The notes beneath the pieces are model-generated. The model made no database searches, was not told where the DNA came from, and worked only from the letters and a program-made list of their open reading frames with translations. Source: Desulfarculaceae bacterium (lineage in GTDB: Bacteria > Desulfobacterota > Desulfarculia > Desulfarculales > Desulfarculaceae). Taken from it: a stretch of DNA of 64,000 nt. The position numbers were made by a program, and so were the translations under genes. Below, piece after piece: positions 27,556-37,233 of this stretch (within the stretch, counting starts at the first letter, position 1; every line of letters begins with the position of its first letter). The stretch covers positions 18,985 through 82,984 of the forward strand of contig JAIPDO010000011.1 in NCBI GenBank assembly GCA_021737645.1, written 5' to 3'.

Positions 27556-29255
27556 ACACCTGGCTGCAAAATCCCATCTGGCAACGCCGCCTATACATAC
27601 TCATTCTGGTGGCGGTGTGCGCGGTGCTGTTCTTTTCCTTGGGCGGCATGCGCGACCTTTGGGAAAGCGACGAGGCCCGCTACGCCGAGTTGGGCCGGGA
27701 GATGCTGGATTCGGGCTCCTTCAGCCACTGGGTGATTCCCCGTCTGAATTACGTCATCTATCTGGAAAAACCGCCCCTTTACTATTGGCTCACCGCCATC
27801 AGCTTCGCCGTGTTCGGGGTGTGCGAGGCGGCGGCCCGTTTGGTGCCCGCGCTGTTCGGCACCCTGAGCGTATTGATCGCCTTTGCCCTGGGCCGGGAGA
27901 TGTGGGGCGATGAGAAGGCGGGGTTCTGGTCCGGCCTGGTGCTGGCCACCTCGTTGATGTTTTTCGCGCTCAGCCGAGTGATTCTGGTGGACATGGTGCT
28001 GTGTTTCGGCGTCATGCTGGCCGTGTGGGGGGCCTGGAGCCTCAGGGCCGGGAGGGACTGGGGGCTCTATGCCTTTTGGGTGGGCTGCGCCATCGGTTTC
28101 CTGACCAAGGGGGTGCTGGGGCCCGGCCTGGCGGCCATGTCCGTGGTGCTGTTCGCTGCCCTGGCCGGGGAGTGGCGTCTCCTGGGACGCTTGCTGGACT
28201 GGCGGGGGCCCGCCCTGTTCGTGCTGCTATGCGCCCCCTGGCTGGTGGCCGCCACCCTGCTGCACAAGGGATTCATCACCTACTTCTTCTGGGACGAGCA
28301 GGTGGGTAGATTGCTCACCAACCAACATCAGCGCTTTCAGCCCTGGTGGTACTACTTCGTCCTGGTGCCCGGCGCGTTCTTCCCCTGGATAGCTCTGCTG
28401 CCTTGGTGCGTGGGGCGAACCTTCCCCCGAGGAGCCTGGCGCACCCCCGAGGCCCGTCCCTGGCTCTTGGCGGCAGTTTGGTTCGTGGGCATGTTTGTGT
28501 TCTTCACCCTGTCGCGCTCCAAGATGATGCACTACGCTCTGCCCATGCTGCCGCCCCTGGCTCTGCTGGTGGGGCGTCCCCTCAGCGGGGTGATGTCCTG
28601 GCCGCGCGGCGCCACCGCTCCCGGCGGCCTCAGGGCCAGCCTAACCGCCCTGGCCGCCCTTTGCCTGGTGGCGGGCCTGGCCTTGCTGGTGGTTCCGGCC
28701 ACCAACCCGGACATACACTACAGCCACGCCGGGGCGCTGCTTTTAATCGGCCCTTTGTTTCTGGCCCTACTGGCCCTGGGGGTGTACGCCGCTCGCCGGC
28801 GGGCCTGGGCTGCGGCCATCGCGCCCCTGACCGTGTTCGTGCTCCTGGTGCTGGGGGCGGCGGCGGCCTCGCCCACTCTAGACCGCTACCGCTCGGTGGG
28901 TCCGCTACTAAAACCCATCGCCGCCCAGTTGAAGCCGGATGACATCGTGGCCAACCTGGGCGATTACTGGCACGGCACCGCTTTTTACGCCAAGAAGCGG
29001 GTGGTGGTGGCCGATAACTGGGGGGAGCTGGATTTCGGACGCCGTCTGGACCCGGAGAGGGCCAAGTGGTTCATGCGGGGCAACCAGAGCTTGCTGGGGC
29101 TAATGGCCGGGGATCGGCGGGTGTTCGCCATCGCGGAAACCGGCCGCTGGCAGCGCTTCCACGCCTTGGCCCAGAAACGCAAGCAGGCCCTGCCGCTTTT
29201 CCCCTGGGCCACGCTGGGGGACAAGACCCTGTTCAGCAACCGTCCCCGGAGTTAA
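27552..29255 (+). CDS. ArnT-like GT-C glycosyltransferase (GT83/PMT_2 family), paralogue 2
   Basis: LWESDEARYAELGREMLDSGSFSHWVIPRLNYVIYLEKPPLYYW signature. Polytopic. The GTG start overlaps the upstream stop. Confidence 0.75.
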   Translation: MNTWLQNPIWQRRLYILILVAVCAVLFFSLGGMRDLWESDEARYAELGREMLDSGSFSHWVIPRLNYVIYLEKPPLYYWLTAISFAVFGVCEAAARLVPALFGTLSVLIAFALGREMWGDEKAGFWSGLVLATSLMFFALSRVILVDMVLCFGVMLAVWGAWSLRAGRDWGLYAFWVGCAIGFLTKGVLGPGLAAMSVVLFAALAGEWRLLGRLLDWRGPALFVLLCAPWLVAATLLHKGFITYFFWDEQVGRLLTNQHQRFQPWWYYFVLVPGAFFPWIALLPWCVGRTFPRGAWRTPEARPWLLAAVWFVGMFVFFTLSRSKMMHYALPMLPPLALLVGRPLSGVMSWPRGATAPGGLRASLTALAALCLVAGLALLVVPATNPDIHYSHAGALLLIGPLFLALLALGVYAARRRAWAAAIAPLTVFVLLVLGAAAASPTLDRYRSVGPLLKPIAAQLKPDDIVANLGDYWHGTAFYAKKRVVVADNWGELDFGRRLDPERAKWFMRGNQSLLGLMAGDRRVFAIAETGRWQRFHALAQKRKQALPLFPWATLGDKTLFSNRPRS

Positions 29256-29347
29256 CCTGCCGGGGCAACTTGATTTAATACCCTTTGCCTGCCATAGTAT
29301 AAACCCGCGAACAGCAAGTTTTGGCATCACCCAATGCGGAGAGGCAC

Positions 29348-30307
29348 ATGCCCCCGGCAGCCACCCAAAACCAGCCTTACCTATCAGTGGTTATCCCCGT
29401 TTTTAACGAAGAGGAAAACCTTACGGAGTTGCACGCCCGTCTGTCCCTGACCCTGAACTCCTCTCCTTGGACCTGGGAGGTGATCTACGTGGACGACGGC
29501 TCCAAGGATGCCTCCTGGGAGTTGCTGTGCCGAATTAATGGGCAGGACCCGCACGTGCGCTTGGTGCGCTTCAACCGCAACTACGGCCAGCACATGGCTA
29601 TTTTCGCGGGCTTTGAGGCTGTGCGGGGACAGGTGGTGGTTACCCTGGACGCGGATCTGCAAAACCCCCCCGAGGAGGTGCCCAAGCTGGTGACCAAGTT
29701 GGAGGAGGGCTTTGACGTGGTCAGCGGCTGGCGGCAGAATCGCCACGACTCGGTGCTGCGCAAGATTCCCACCTGGTTGGTGGCCAAAATGACCAGCCGG
29801 GTGGTGGGGGTGCAGCTCAAGGACTATGGCTGCATGCTCCGGGCCTACCGCATCGAGGTGGTACAGGCCATGTGCGCCTCCCAGGAGACTTCCTCCTACA
29901 TCCCCGCCCTGGCCAATCTCTACGCAGCCAGCGTCGGCGAAATCCCCGTGGCCCACGCCGAGCGCGCGGCGGGTCAGTCCAAGTACAGCCTGTTCAAACT
30001 CATCAAGCTCAACTTCGACCTGATGACCGGCTTCTCGGTGTTGCCCATCCAGATGGTAAGCGTCCTTGGGGTGCTCATCGCCCTGATGGGCTTGGCCTTC
30101 GGTATTTTCTTGTTCGTCCGCCGCTTGGTGGTCGGCCCGGAGGTGGGCGGGGTGTTCACCCTGTTCGCCATCCTCTTTGTTTTCGTGGGCCTGCAAATCC
30201 TGGTGGTGGGGCTCATGGGCGAGTACCTGGGCCGCATCTACCGCGAGGTTCGCCGCAGACCCCGCTTTGTCATCCGCGAGACCAGGGACCCCGAAGCCGG
30301 GTCGTAA
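29348..30307 (+). CDS. arnC: undecaprenyl-phosphate aminosugar transferase, ArnC-like GT2
   Basis: Close to the E. coli ArnC pattern: LSVVIPVFNEE, NRNYGQHMAIFAGF, TLDADLQNPPEEVPKLV, DYGCMLRAYR, HAERAAGQSKYS, GEYLGRIYREVRRRPRF. Start placed at ATG 29348. Confidence 0.8.
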   Translation: MPPAATQNQPYLSVVIPVFNEEENLTELHARLSLTLNSSPWTWEVIYVDDGSKDASWELLCRINGQDPHVRLVRFNRNYGQHMAIFAGFEAVRGQVVVTLDADLQNPPEEVPKLVTKLEEGFDVVSGWRQNRHDSVLRKIPTWLVAKMTSRVVGVQLKDYGCMLRAYRIEVVQAMCASQETSSYIPALANLYAASVGEIPVAHAERAAGQSKYSLFKLIKLNFDLMTGFSVLPIQMVSVLGVLIALMGLAFGIFLFVRRLVVGPEVGGVFTLFAILFVFVGLQILVVGLMGEYLGRIYREVRRRPRFVIRETRDPEAGS

Positions 30308-30309
30308 CC

Positions 30310-31257
30310 ATGGTCACTAACCGGTCCGAGCCTTTGGCGGCCACCACCCGCCTGGTTTTAAAAGTAGACATCGACACCAAGGTGGGGCTCATACAAGGCG
30401 TGCCGCGCCTGATGGACATCTTTGCCCACGCCGGGGTGAAGGCCTCCTTTTACATCGCCATGGGGCCGGACCACTCGGGACGCGCCCTGGCCCGCCTGGT
30501 AAAGCCGGGCTTTTTGCAAAAGCAGCTGCGCTCCGGCGCGGCCGGGGCCTACGGCCTTACCACCATGCTCTACGGCGTGGCCTTGCCCGGCCCCCTCATC
30601 GCCCAGGAGGCCCCGTATCTGTTCCACGAGCTTATTGCCCAGGGGCACGAGGTGGGGCTGCACGGCTGGGACCACGTGTTCTGGCACGATCGCATGCGCC
30701 ACCTTCCAGCCTATCGCATAAGGGCCCACCTGGGCCGGGCCTGGCGCCTGTACAAGCAGATCACCGGTCAGGCCCCGGCCAGCTTCGCCTCGCCGGGCTG
30801 GCAGATAACCCCCACGGCCTACCAGGCCCTGGCCGACATGGGCATAAGCCACGTGTCCTGCGCACGGGGCCGCAGCCCCTTCCGGCCCCTGGTAGACGGC
30901 CGCCCCTTGCCCCTGCTGGAGCTGCCCACCACCATGCCCACCCTGGACGAGATCCTGGGCCGTGACGGCATCACCCTGGACACCGCCGCCGCCTGGCTGG
31001 CCGATCAGGTGCGCCCCGGCGAGCTCAACGTCTACACCCTGCACGGCGAGGTGGAGGGCAGGGCCCAGGCCCCGGTGCTGGAAAGCCTTCTCTCCCGCCT
31101 GCTGGACCGGGGAGTGGCCTTTCCCCGCCTGGTGGACGCCGCCGCCCAGGAGGCGGCCCATGGGGCGCCGGCGGACCAGGTTGCCTGGGGCCAAGCGCCA
31201 GGGAGGGCCGGGGAGGTGGCTTGGCAGGCCTCTGATTTTGCTCAGGGGGCGGCATGA
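30310..31257 (+). CDS. arnD: polysaccharide deacetylase-family deformylase/deacetylase, ArnD-like
   Basis: LVLKVDIDTKVGLIQGVPRLMDIF..., GPDHSGRALARLVKPGFL, HEVGLHGWDH and YTLHGEVEG parallel ArnD. The real start is ATG 30310; the longer track ORF overlaps arnC. Confidence 0.8.
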   Translation: MVTNRSEPLAATTRLVLKVDIDTKVGLIQGVPRLMDIFAHAGVKASFYIAMGPDHSGRALARLVKPGFLQKQLRSGAAGAYGLTTMLYGVALPGPLIAQEAPYLFHELIAQGHEVGLHGWDHVFWHDRMRHLPAYRIRAHLGRAWRLYKQITGQAPASFASPGWQITPTAYQALADMGISHVSCARGRSPFRPLVDGRPLPLLELPTTMPTLDEILGRDGITLDTAAAWLADQVRPGELNVYTLHGEVEGRAQAPVLESLLSRLLDRGVAFPRLVDAAAQEAAHGAPADQVAWGQAPGRAGEVAWQASDFAQGAA

Positions 31258-32543
31258 AGCGCACCCTGTACAGTCTGGCCCTGGGCCTGGGATCGGTGGC
31301 GGCCTCGCCGTTTATTGCCGCCCGCCTGACCAGGCCTCCCAAGCGCCAAGCCACCCTGGCCCGTTTGGGAGTGGGTCCCCTGGCCCAGCCGCCCGCGCTA
31401 AAGCCCGGCGGCATCTGGCTGCACGCCCTGAGCGTGGGCGAATCGGTTTCAGCTCTGCCTTTGGTGCATGGCCTCAGGCGGCGGTTTCCCACCAAGCCCA
31501 TCGCTTTTTCCTGCGGCACCGGGCAAGGCCTGGCCACGGCGCGGGAGAAGCTGGCCGATCAGGTGGACGCCATATTCATACGCCCCCTGGAGTTGCCCTG
31601 GTCCGTGGGGCCGGTGCTCCAAGCCTTGCGGCCCGGACTTTCCATTCTGGTGGAGGGAGATTTGTGGCCCGGCTGGCAATGGGCCCTGGCCGAGCAGGGA
31701 GTGCCGCGCATGTTGGTCAACGGCCGAGTTAGCCCACGCACCCTCAAGGGCTACCGCCGTTTAGGGCCATTGGCTCGTGAGCTGTGGCGGGGGTTTGACC
31801 AGGTGCTGATGCAGACCGCCACCGACCGGGAGCGCCTGCTCAGTGTGGGGGTCGAGCAAAACCGGGTCAAGGTGGGTGGCAACCTGAAGTTCGACAGTGC
31901 CCCGGCGGCCCTGAGTGAAGCCCAGCGCCGCGCCCTGGCCGAAGAGTTCGGTTTGGCAGGGCGCACCGTGCTGGTGGCGGGCTCCACCCACGCCGGGGAA
32001 GAGGAGCCATGCCTGGATGCCTATGTTCAATTGAAAGAGAGCGTGCCGGGGCTGGCTTTGCTAATCGCTCCACGGGAGGTGGAGCGGGGTGGGGCGGTGG
32101 CCCGTTTGGCCCAGGATCGCGGACTTGGCGTTGCCCGGCTATCCCAAGGCCGGGTGCATACGGGCAGCGAAGTGGTGGTGCTGGATATGCTGGGCAAGTT
32201 GGCAGCGACTTACGCCCTGGGCGCGGCCTCCTTTGTGGGCGGCTCCCTGGTGTCCGTGGGTGGGCACAACCTGCTGGAGCCCGCCGCTCAGGGGGTGCCG
32301 GTGGTGTTCGGGCCCATCACCCACAATTTTTTGGAGATGGCCCGCGATCTGGAAGAGGCGGGTGGCGGCATGCGCATAAATTCCGGGGCGGACCTGGCTC
32401 AAGCCTGGGGCGGTTTGCTGGAGCATCCTGAAAAGGCCCAGACCATGGGACAGGCGGCGCTGGATTTCGTGGACGCCCATCACGGCGCGGTGGAACGGGC
32501 CGTGGAGACTGCCGCACTGCTTTTGGAGGGCGGCCATGCCTAA
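31254..32543 (+). CDS. waaA: 3-deoxy-D-manno-octulosonic acid (Kdo) transferase
   Basis: 429 aa; GIWLHALSVGESVSALPLV N-terminal motif and a GT-B C-terminal half (GGSLVSVGGHNLLEPAAQGVPVVFGP). Confidence 0.85.
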   Translation: MKRTLYSLALGLGSVAASPFIAARLTRPPKRQATLARLGVGPLAQPPALKPGGIWLHALSVGESVSALPLVHGLRRRFPTKPIAFSCGTGQGLATAREKLADQVDAIFIRPLELPWSVGPVLQALRPGLSILVEGDLWPGWQWALAEQGVPRMLVNGRVSPRTLKGYRRLGPLARELWRGFDQVLMQTATDRERLLSVGVEQNRVKVGGNLKFDSAPAALSEAQRRALAEEFGLAGRTVLVAGSTHAGEEEPCLDAYVQLKESVPGLALLIAPREVERGGAVARLAQDRGLGVARLSQGRVHTGSEVVVLDMLGKLAATYALGAASFVGGSLVSVGGHNLLEPAAQGVPVVFGPITHNFLEMARDLEEAGGGMRINSGADLAQAWGGLLEHPEKAQTMGQAALDFVDAHHGAVERAVETAALLLEGGHA

Positions 32544-33651
32544 GCGGGCTGAAGCCCTGTGGCGCAAAATTCTGGGAGATGAGCCCGGCCCCCGCTGGTT
32601 GGGCGCCCTCAGGGTGGCAGCCACGGCGGCCAGCGGGCTTTATGGTACCGGGGTGTGGCTAAACAACACTGCTTTTGACCTGGGCTTCAAGCCTTCGCGC
32701 TGCCTGCCCGTGCCGGTGATCGGGGTGGGCAACCTGGCCGTGGGCGGCACGGGTAAAACCCCTCTGACCATGGCCGTGGTGCGGGCCCTGCGGGAAATGG
32801 GCCTGCCCGCCGGGGTGATAAGCCGGGGCTACGGCCGCCAGGGAAAGGAACCCCTGCTGGTCAGCGACGGTGAGAAAATTTTTGCCGATGCGGATCAGGC
32901 GGGCGACGAGCCCCTGCTTTTGGCCCGGCGTCTGGGCGTGCCGGTGGCCGTGGGGGCCTCGCGTTTTCAGGCCGGGCAGCTGCTCCTGAAGCGTTGCGGG
33001 ACGCGGATATTGGTGGGCGACGACCTGCTGCAGCACCGAGCGCTTTACCGCGATATGAATCTGGTGGCCCTGGACGCGTCCGACCCGCTGGCCGGAGAGC
33101 GCCTGTTGCCCCGTGGCCGCCTGCGCGAGGGGCCGGGGGCCCTGGATAGGGCTCAGGCGGTGGTGCTCACCAGGGTGCGTGACAGGTTGCAAGCCAAGCA
33201 AGCCAGGGAATCGCTGGCCTGGAGGATGGGTGACAAGCCGGTGCTGGCCTGCCGCTACCATCTGGAGGGACTGGAACTGGCCAGGGAAGGAGACGCCTTG
33301 GAGGCTGGGACTTGGCAGGGGGAGCCGGTGTACGCCTTCTGCGGCTTGGCCCGTCCCGAGAGCTTCCGTCACAGCCTGCGCCAGGCCGGGCTCACCGTGT
33401 TGGGACTGGAGTCTTTTGGCGACCACCACCGTTTTACCGCAGGCGAACTGGCCGGGCTTTGGGCGCGCGCCCAGACCCTTTCGGCGCGGGCCTTGATATG
33501 CTCCGGCAAGGATGCGGTGCGTCTACCTACCGACTTGGCCAAAGACATTCCGGTATGGAGCACTCGTTTGGGCCTGGAATTCCTGGACGGCCCCCAGGCT
33601 TTGCCGCACCTGTTGAGCCACGCCTTGGCCGATTGGGAAGGGGTGCGATGA
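32536..33651 (+). CDS. lpxK: tetraacyldisaccharide 4'-kinase
   Basis: PVPVIGVGNLAVGGTGKTPL P-loop context, then SRGYGR. 371 aa. Confidence 0.9.
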   Translation: MPKRAEALWRKILGDEPGPRWLGALRVAATAASGLYGTGVWLNNTAFDLGFKPSRCLPVPVIGVGNLAVGGTGKTPLTMAVVRALREMGLPAGVISRGYGRQGKEPLLVSDGEKIFADADQAGDEPLLLARRLGVPVAVGASRFQAGQLLLKRCGTRILVGDDLLQHRALYRDMNLVALDASDPLAGERLLPRGRLREGPGALDRAQAVVLTRVRDRLQAKQARESLAWRMGDKPVLACRYHLEGLELAREGDALEAGTWQGEPVYAFCGLARPESFRHSLRQAGLTVLGLESFGDHHRFTAGELAGLWARAQTLSARALICSGKDAVRLPTDLAKDIPVWSTRLGLEFLDGPQALPHLLSHALADWEGVR

Positions 33652-34550
33652 GTTTTACCGACAAAGCCTTGCACGCCGGAGTGTGGGCCTTGTCCCTTCC
33701 GCCGCTGGCCTTGAACCGGGCCGTGGGGCGGGGGCTGGGCCGTTTGGCCATGAAGTTCGACCAGCGCCACCGCGACATCGTGCTAAACAACCTGACCGCT
33801 TCTTTTCCCGAAAAGGATGCGGCCTGGGTTCAGGAAACCGGCCGCAAGGTCTTTGAACACATCGCCCAGGTGACCACGGAGATTCCCCATCTGGTGCGCC
33901 TGAGCCCGGAGCAAATCCTGGCCCAAGCCCGCTGTCATGGCCTGGACAACGTGCACCAGGCTCTAGCCAAGGGCAAGGGCCTGATCATGCTCACCGGCCA
34001 CTTCGGCAACTGGGAATGGGCCAACATAGCCGGGGCCATGGGCTTGGGCTTTGGAGCGCTCATCGTGGCCCGCCCCATAGACTGGGCCCCGGCCGATCGC
34101 CTGGTAAACGGTTGGCGCACCAAGGGCCTGGACAGCCAGGTGGTGCCCAAAAGCCGCTCTGCAAGGGTTCTCTTGCGGGGCCTTAGGCAGAACCGCATGC
34201 TGGGCCTGCTGTTGGACCAAAACGTGGATTGGTACGATGGTGAGTGGGTTGACTTCTTCGGACGCCCGGCCTGCTCCAACAAAGGCATGGCCCTGCTGGC
34301 CCGCTCCACGGAAGCGCCGGTTATCACCTATCACAACTGGCGGGCCGATGACGGCAAATTCGACGTGTATTTCGGCAAGGAACTGCCCCTGATCAAAACA
34401 GACGACAAAACCAAGGACACCTGGCAGAACACCCAGAACTACACCAAGGCTTTAGAGGATATAATCCGCCAAAAGCCGGAGCAGTGGTTTTGGCTGCACC
34501 AGCGCTGGAAGACCAAGCCCAGCCAGCCCTGGCCACGGGAGAAGCGCTGA
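33648..34550 (+). CDS. lipid A biosynthesis (late) acyltransferase, LpxL/HtrB family
   Basis: LTGHFGNWEWA is the HX4(D/E) acyltransferase motif of the LpxL/LpxM family. ATG 33648 overlaps the lpxK stop (ATGA). Confidence 0.75.
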   Translation: MSFTDKALHAGVWALSLPPLALNRAVGRGLGRLAMKFDQRHRDIVLNNLTASFPEKDAAWVQETGRKVFEHIAQVTTEIPHLVRLSPEQILAQARCHGLDNVHQALAKGKGLIMLTGHFGNWEWANIAGAMGLGFGALIVARPIDWAPADRLVNGWRTKGLDSQVVPKSRSARVLLRGLRQNRMLGLLLDQNVDWYDGEWVDFFGRPACSNKGMALLARSTEAPVITYHNWRADDGKFDVYFGKELPLIKTDDKTKDTWQNTQNYTKALEDIIRQKPEQWFWLHQRWKTKPSQPWPREKR

Positions 34551-35623
34551 TGCGTCCCCTGGACCCGGCAGCGCCTCGGCGCATTCTGGTGCGCGCCACC
34601 AACTGGGTGGGCGACGCGGTGATGACCCTGCCCGCTCTGGCCGCCCTGCACCGGGCCTGCCCCCAGGCCGAGATCGAGGTGCTGGCCCGCCCCTGGGCGG
34701 CTGCGGTGTATGGCGCAGAGCCTGGGGTGAGCCGGGTGTTGGCCTATGACAAGGGGGACGAGCACGCCGGGGTGGGCGGTATGCTGGCCCTGGCCAAGCA
34801 GCTAAAGGCCAGGCGCTACGACTGGGCGGTGCTTTTTCAGAACGCCTTTGAGGCGGCGCTCATCGTTTGGCTGGCCCGCATTCCGGTGCGCCTGGGATAC
34901 TCCCGTGATGGGCGCGGCCTGCTGCTCACCCACCGGGCGGTGCTGAGCACCGAGCTTCGGCAGATGCACGAGACCAGCTATTACCTGGCTATTTTGCGCC
35001 AGGTCGGGCTTTTACCCGCCGATTTGCCAACCGAGGGCGTGCGGCCCGAGCTGCATCTGGCCACGGACGACCGAGCTTGGGCGGCTGACTACCTGGAGCT
35101 CCAGGGGCTGAGCAAGGCTCGGCTATTGGGTCTGGCGCCGGGCGCGGCCTTTGGCCCGGCCAAGCAGTGGCCCGCCGAGCGCTACGCCGCCACGGCCAAA
35201 GACTTGGTCAACGACTTTGACGCGGTGCTGCTGTTCGGCAGCAAGGGTGAGGCCGGGGCTTGCGATGCCGTGGCCGGTGGCCTCAATGGGCTCAGCGTGC
35301 GCAACCTGGCCGGGGCCACCACCCTTGGCCAGGCCTTGGCCCTGCTGGAGCGGATGGGCTTGTTTATCACCAACGACAGCGGCCTGATGCACGCCGCCGC
35401 CGCCCTGGGCCGTCCCACGGTGGCCGTGTTCGGCTCCACCAACCCGGTGACCACCGGCCCCCTGGGGCCGCGCACCGCCATGGTGCGGACGCCTGCTGAT
35501 TGCAGCCCTTGCCTGAAGCCTGAGTGCCCCACCGGCGACCTGAAGTGCTTCACGGTCATCAGCCCGGAGCAGGTGGCCCAGGCGGCGCGAAAGCTCATGG
35601 CCGGGGCGGGGGAGGGGGCCTGA
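34550..35623 (+). CDS. waaF: ADP-heptose--LPS heptosyltransferase II-like (GT9)
   Basis: RILVRATNWVGDAVMTLPAL resembles the WaaF SWVGDMMM motif. GT9 C-terminal NDSGLMHAAAALGRP. Confidence 0.7.
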   Translation: MRPLDPAAPRRILVRATNWVGDAVMTLPALAALHRACPQAEIEVLARPWAAAVYGAEPGVSRVLAYDKGDEHAGVGGMLALAKQLKARRYDWAVLFQNAFEAALIVWLARIPVRLGYSRDGRGLLLTHRAVLSTELRQMHETSYYLAILRQVGLLPADLPTEGVRPELHLATDDRAWAADYLELQGLSKARLLGLAPGAAFGPAKQWPAERYAATAKDLVNDFDAVLLFGSKGEAGACDAVAGGLNGLSVRNLAGATTLGQALALLERMGLFITNDSGLMHAAAALGRPTVAVFGSTNPVTTGPLGPRTAMVRTPADCSPCLKPECPTGDLKCFTVISPEQVAQAARKLMAGAGEGA

Positions 35624-36204
35624 TGCGGCGGGTGGTATTCCTGGATCGCGACGGCACCATCAATGTGGAGGTGGGTTACATCTCCGACCCGGCTCAGGTG
35701 CGCCTGCTGCCCGGCGCGGCCCAGGCCATCGCCGATTTGCGTGAGGCCGGTCTGGCCGTGGTGGCGGTGAGCAACCAGTCGGGTATCGCCCGGGGCCGCT
35801 TCAGCCTGGATCAGATGATGGCCGTGCAGGCCGAGGTGGATCGCCAACTCCTGGAAGAGGCCGGGGCCAGTTTGGATGCCTTCTACTACTGCCCTCATCA
35901 TCCCGACGGGGTGGTGGAGCCCTACGCCACGGTGTGCGACTGCCGCAAACCGGGCACCGGCATGCTGGATCGGGCGGCCAGTGACCTGGGCCTGGCTTTA
36001 CAGGGCTCTTTCATGGTGGGCGACAAGCGCATCGACGTGGCTTGCGGCAATGGCGCCGGGCTCATCAGCCTGTTGGTGACCAGCGGCATGCCCCTGGAAG
36101 ATGCCGGCTCCGAGGCCGAGGAGCCCGCCCAGACCCTGCCGGACCTGGCCGCCGCCGCCCAGTGGATTTTGACCCGCCTGGCCGGGCGGGAGCCACCCCA
36201 GTGA
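35623..36204 (+). CDS. gmhB: D-glycero-beta-D-manno-heptose-1,7-bisphosphate 7-phosphatase
   Basis: The HAD motif FLDRDGTIN and the CDCRKPGTGML motif are typical of GmhB. Confidence 0.85.
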   Translation: MRRVVFLDRDGTINVEVGYISDPAQVRLLPGAAQAIADLREAGLAVVAVSNQSGIARGRFSLDQMMAVQAEVDRQLLEEAGASLDAFYYCPHHPDGVVEPYATVCDCRKPGTGMLDRAASDLGLALQGSFMVGDKRIDVACGNGAGLISLLVTSGMPLEDAGSEAEEPAQTLPDLAAAAQWILTRLAGREPPQ

Positions 36205-37226
36205 AGGTGCTCCTGGTCAAACTTTCGGCCCTGGGCGATGTGGTGCAAAGCCTGCCGGTGGCCATGGCCATCCGCCGCCAAATGCCCGAGGCCCGGATCG
36301 ACTGGCTGGTGGAGAGGCCCTCCGCCGGGCTCCTCCAGGGCCACCCGGCCTTGGACCGGGTTTTGGTGAGCCCCCGTCACCAGATGGCCGAGGCCTCGGG
36401 GCTGCCGCTTTCGCCCCTCACCGGCTTTGGCCGCGAGCTCAGGTCGGTGCGCTACGACGCGGTGGTCGACTTGCAGGGGCTCATGAAAAGTGCTATCTGT
36501 GTTGGCCTGAGCCGTGGGTCGCGCAAGATAGGCTGGCGGGGGGGCAAGGAGCCCTTGTCCGCCTTGGCCTACAACCACAAACTGGCCCCCTTCGACCCCG
36601 ACCGCCCGGCCCTGGAGCGCTACCTGGACATGTTGGAGCCCCTGGGCCTGGAGCGTCCGGCCCAGATCGAGTTCGGCCTAAGCCCGAGCCCCGGGGAACT
36701 GGCCGCGGCCCGCTTCCTGTTGCCTTGGGAGGATGATTCCCGTCCGGTGGTGGTGCTGCATCCGGTGGCCAAGTGGGACTCCAAGCTTTGGCCACTGGCC
36801 CACTGGGTGGAGTTGGCCAGGCTTCTGGGCGAACAGAGAGTTCGCCTGGTGGTCAGCGGCTCACGCGACGACCAGGCCATCGGTCGGCTCATCGCCCGCC
36901 GCTCCGGGGTTCGCGAACTGGTGGATCTCACCGGCCGCACCGGGCTAAGGGAATTGGCCGCGCTACTTTCAATGGCCGATGCGGTGGTGTGCACCGATAC
37001 CGGGGTGATGCATTTGGCCGCGGCCATGGGAACCAAGGTGGCGGCCCTGTTCGGCCCCACCGCCCCCTGGCGCACGGGGCCCAGTGGCCAGGGCCACGAA
37101 ATTTTACGGGCCGGGCTGGACTGCAGCCCGTGTTTCGAGCGGTTCTGCGGCGAGTTGAAATGCATGGAGCAGATCAGCCCCGCCCAGGCGGCCCAGGCCG
37201 CCATGAGTTTGGTATCCGGGAGATGA
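36201..37226 (+). CDS. waaC: ADP-heptose--LPS heptosyltransferase I-like (GT9)
   Basis: VKVLLVKLSALGDVVQSLPV and IDWLVE resemble WaaC (VKTSSMGDV / DWVVEE). TDTGVMHLAAAMG. The GTG start overlaps the gmhB stop. Confidence 0.7.
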   Translation: MKVLLVKLSALGDVVQSLPVAMAIRRQMPEARIDWLVERPSAGLLQGHPALDRVLVSPRHQMAEASGLPLSPLTGFGRELRSVRYDAVVDLQGLMKSAICVGLSRGSRKIGWRGGKEPLSALAYNHKLAPFDPDRPALERYLDMLEPLGLERPAQIEFGLSPSPGELAAARFLLPWEDDSRPVVVLHPVAKWDSKLWPLAHWVELARLLGEQRVRLVVSGSRDDQAIGRLIARRSGVRELVDLTGRTGLRELAALLSMADAVVCTDTGVMHLAAAMGTKVAALFGPTAPWRTGPSGQGHEILRAGLDCSPCFERFCGELKCMEQISPAQAAQAAMSLVSGR

Positions 37227-37233
37227 AATTAGC

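Noticed and set aside
29872-30309. Long 5' extension of the arnD ORF overlapping arnC. Similar extensions appear at 33312, 34484, 35524, 36042, 38240, 41714, 47337 and 47729.
   Set aside because: The extensions are Arg/Pro/Gly-rich and overlap the preceding gene. In each case an internal start sits right at the upstream stop, often as ATGA, GTGA or TGATG coupling, and yields the conserved family N-terminus.
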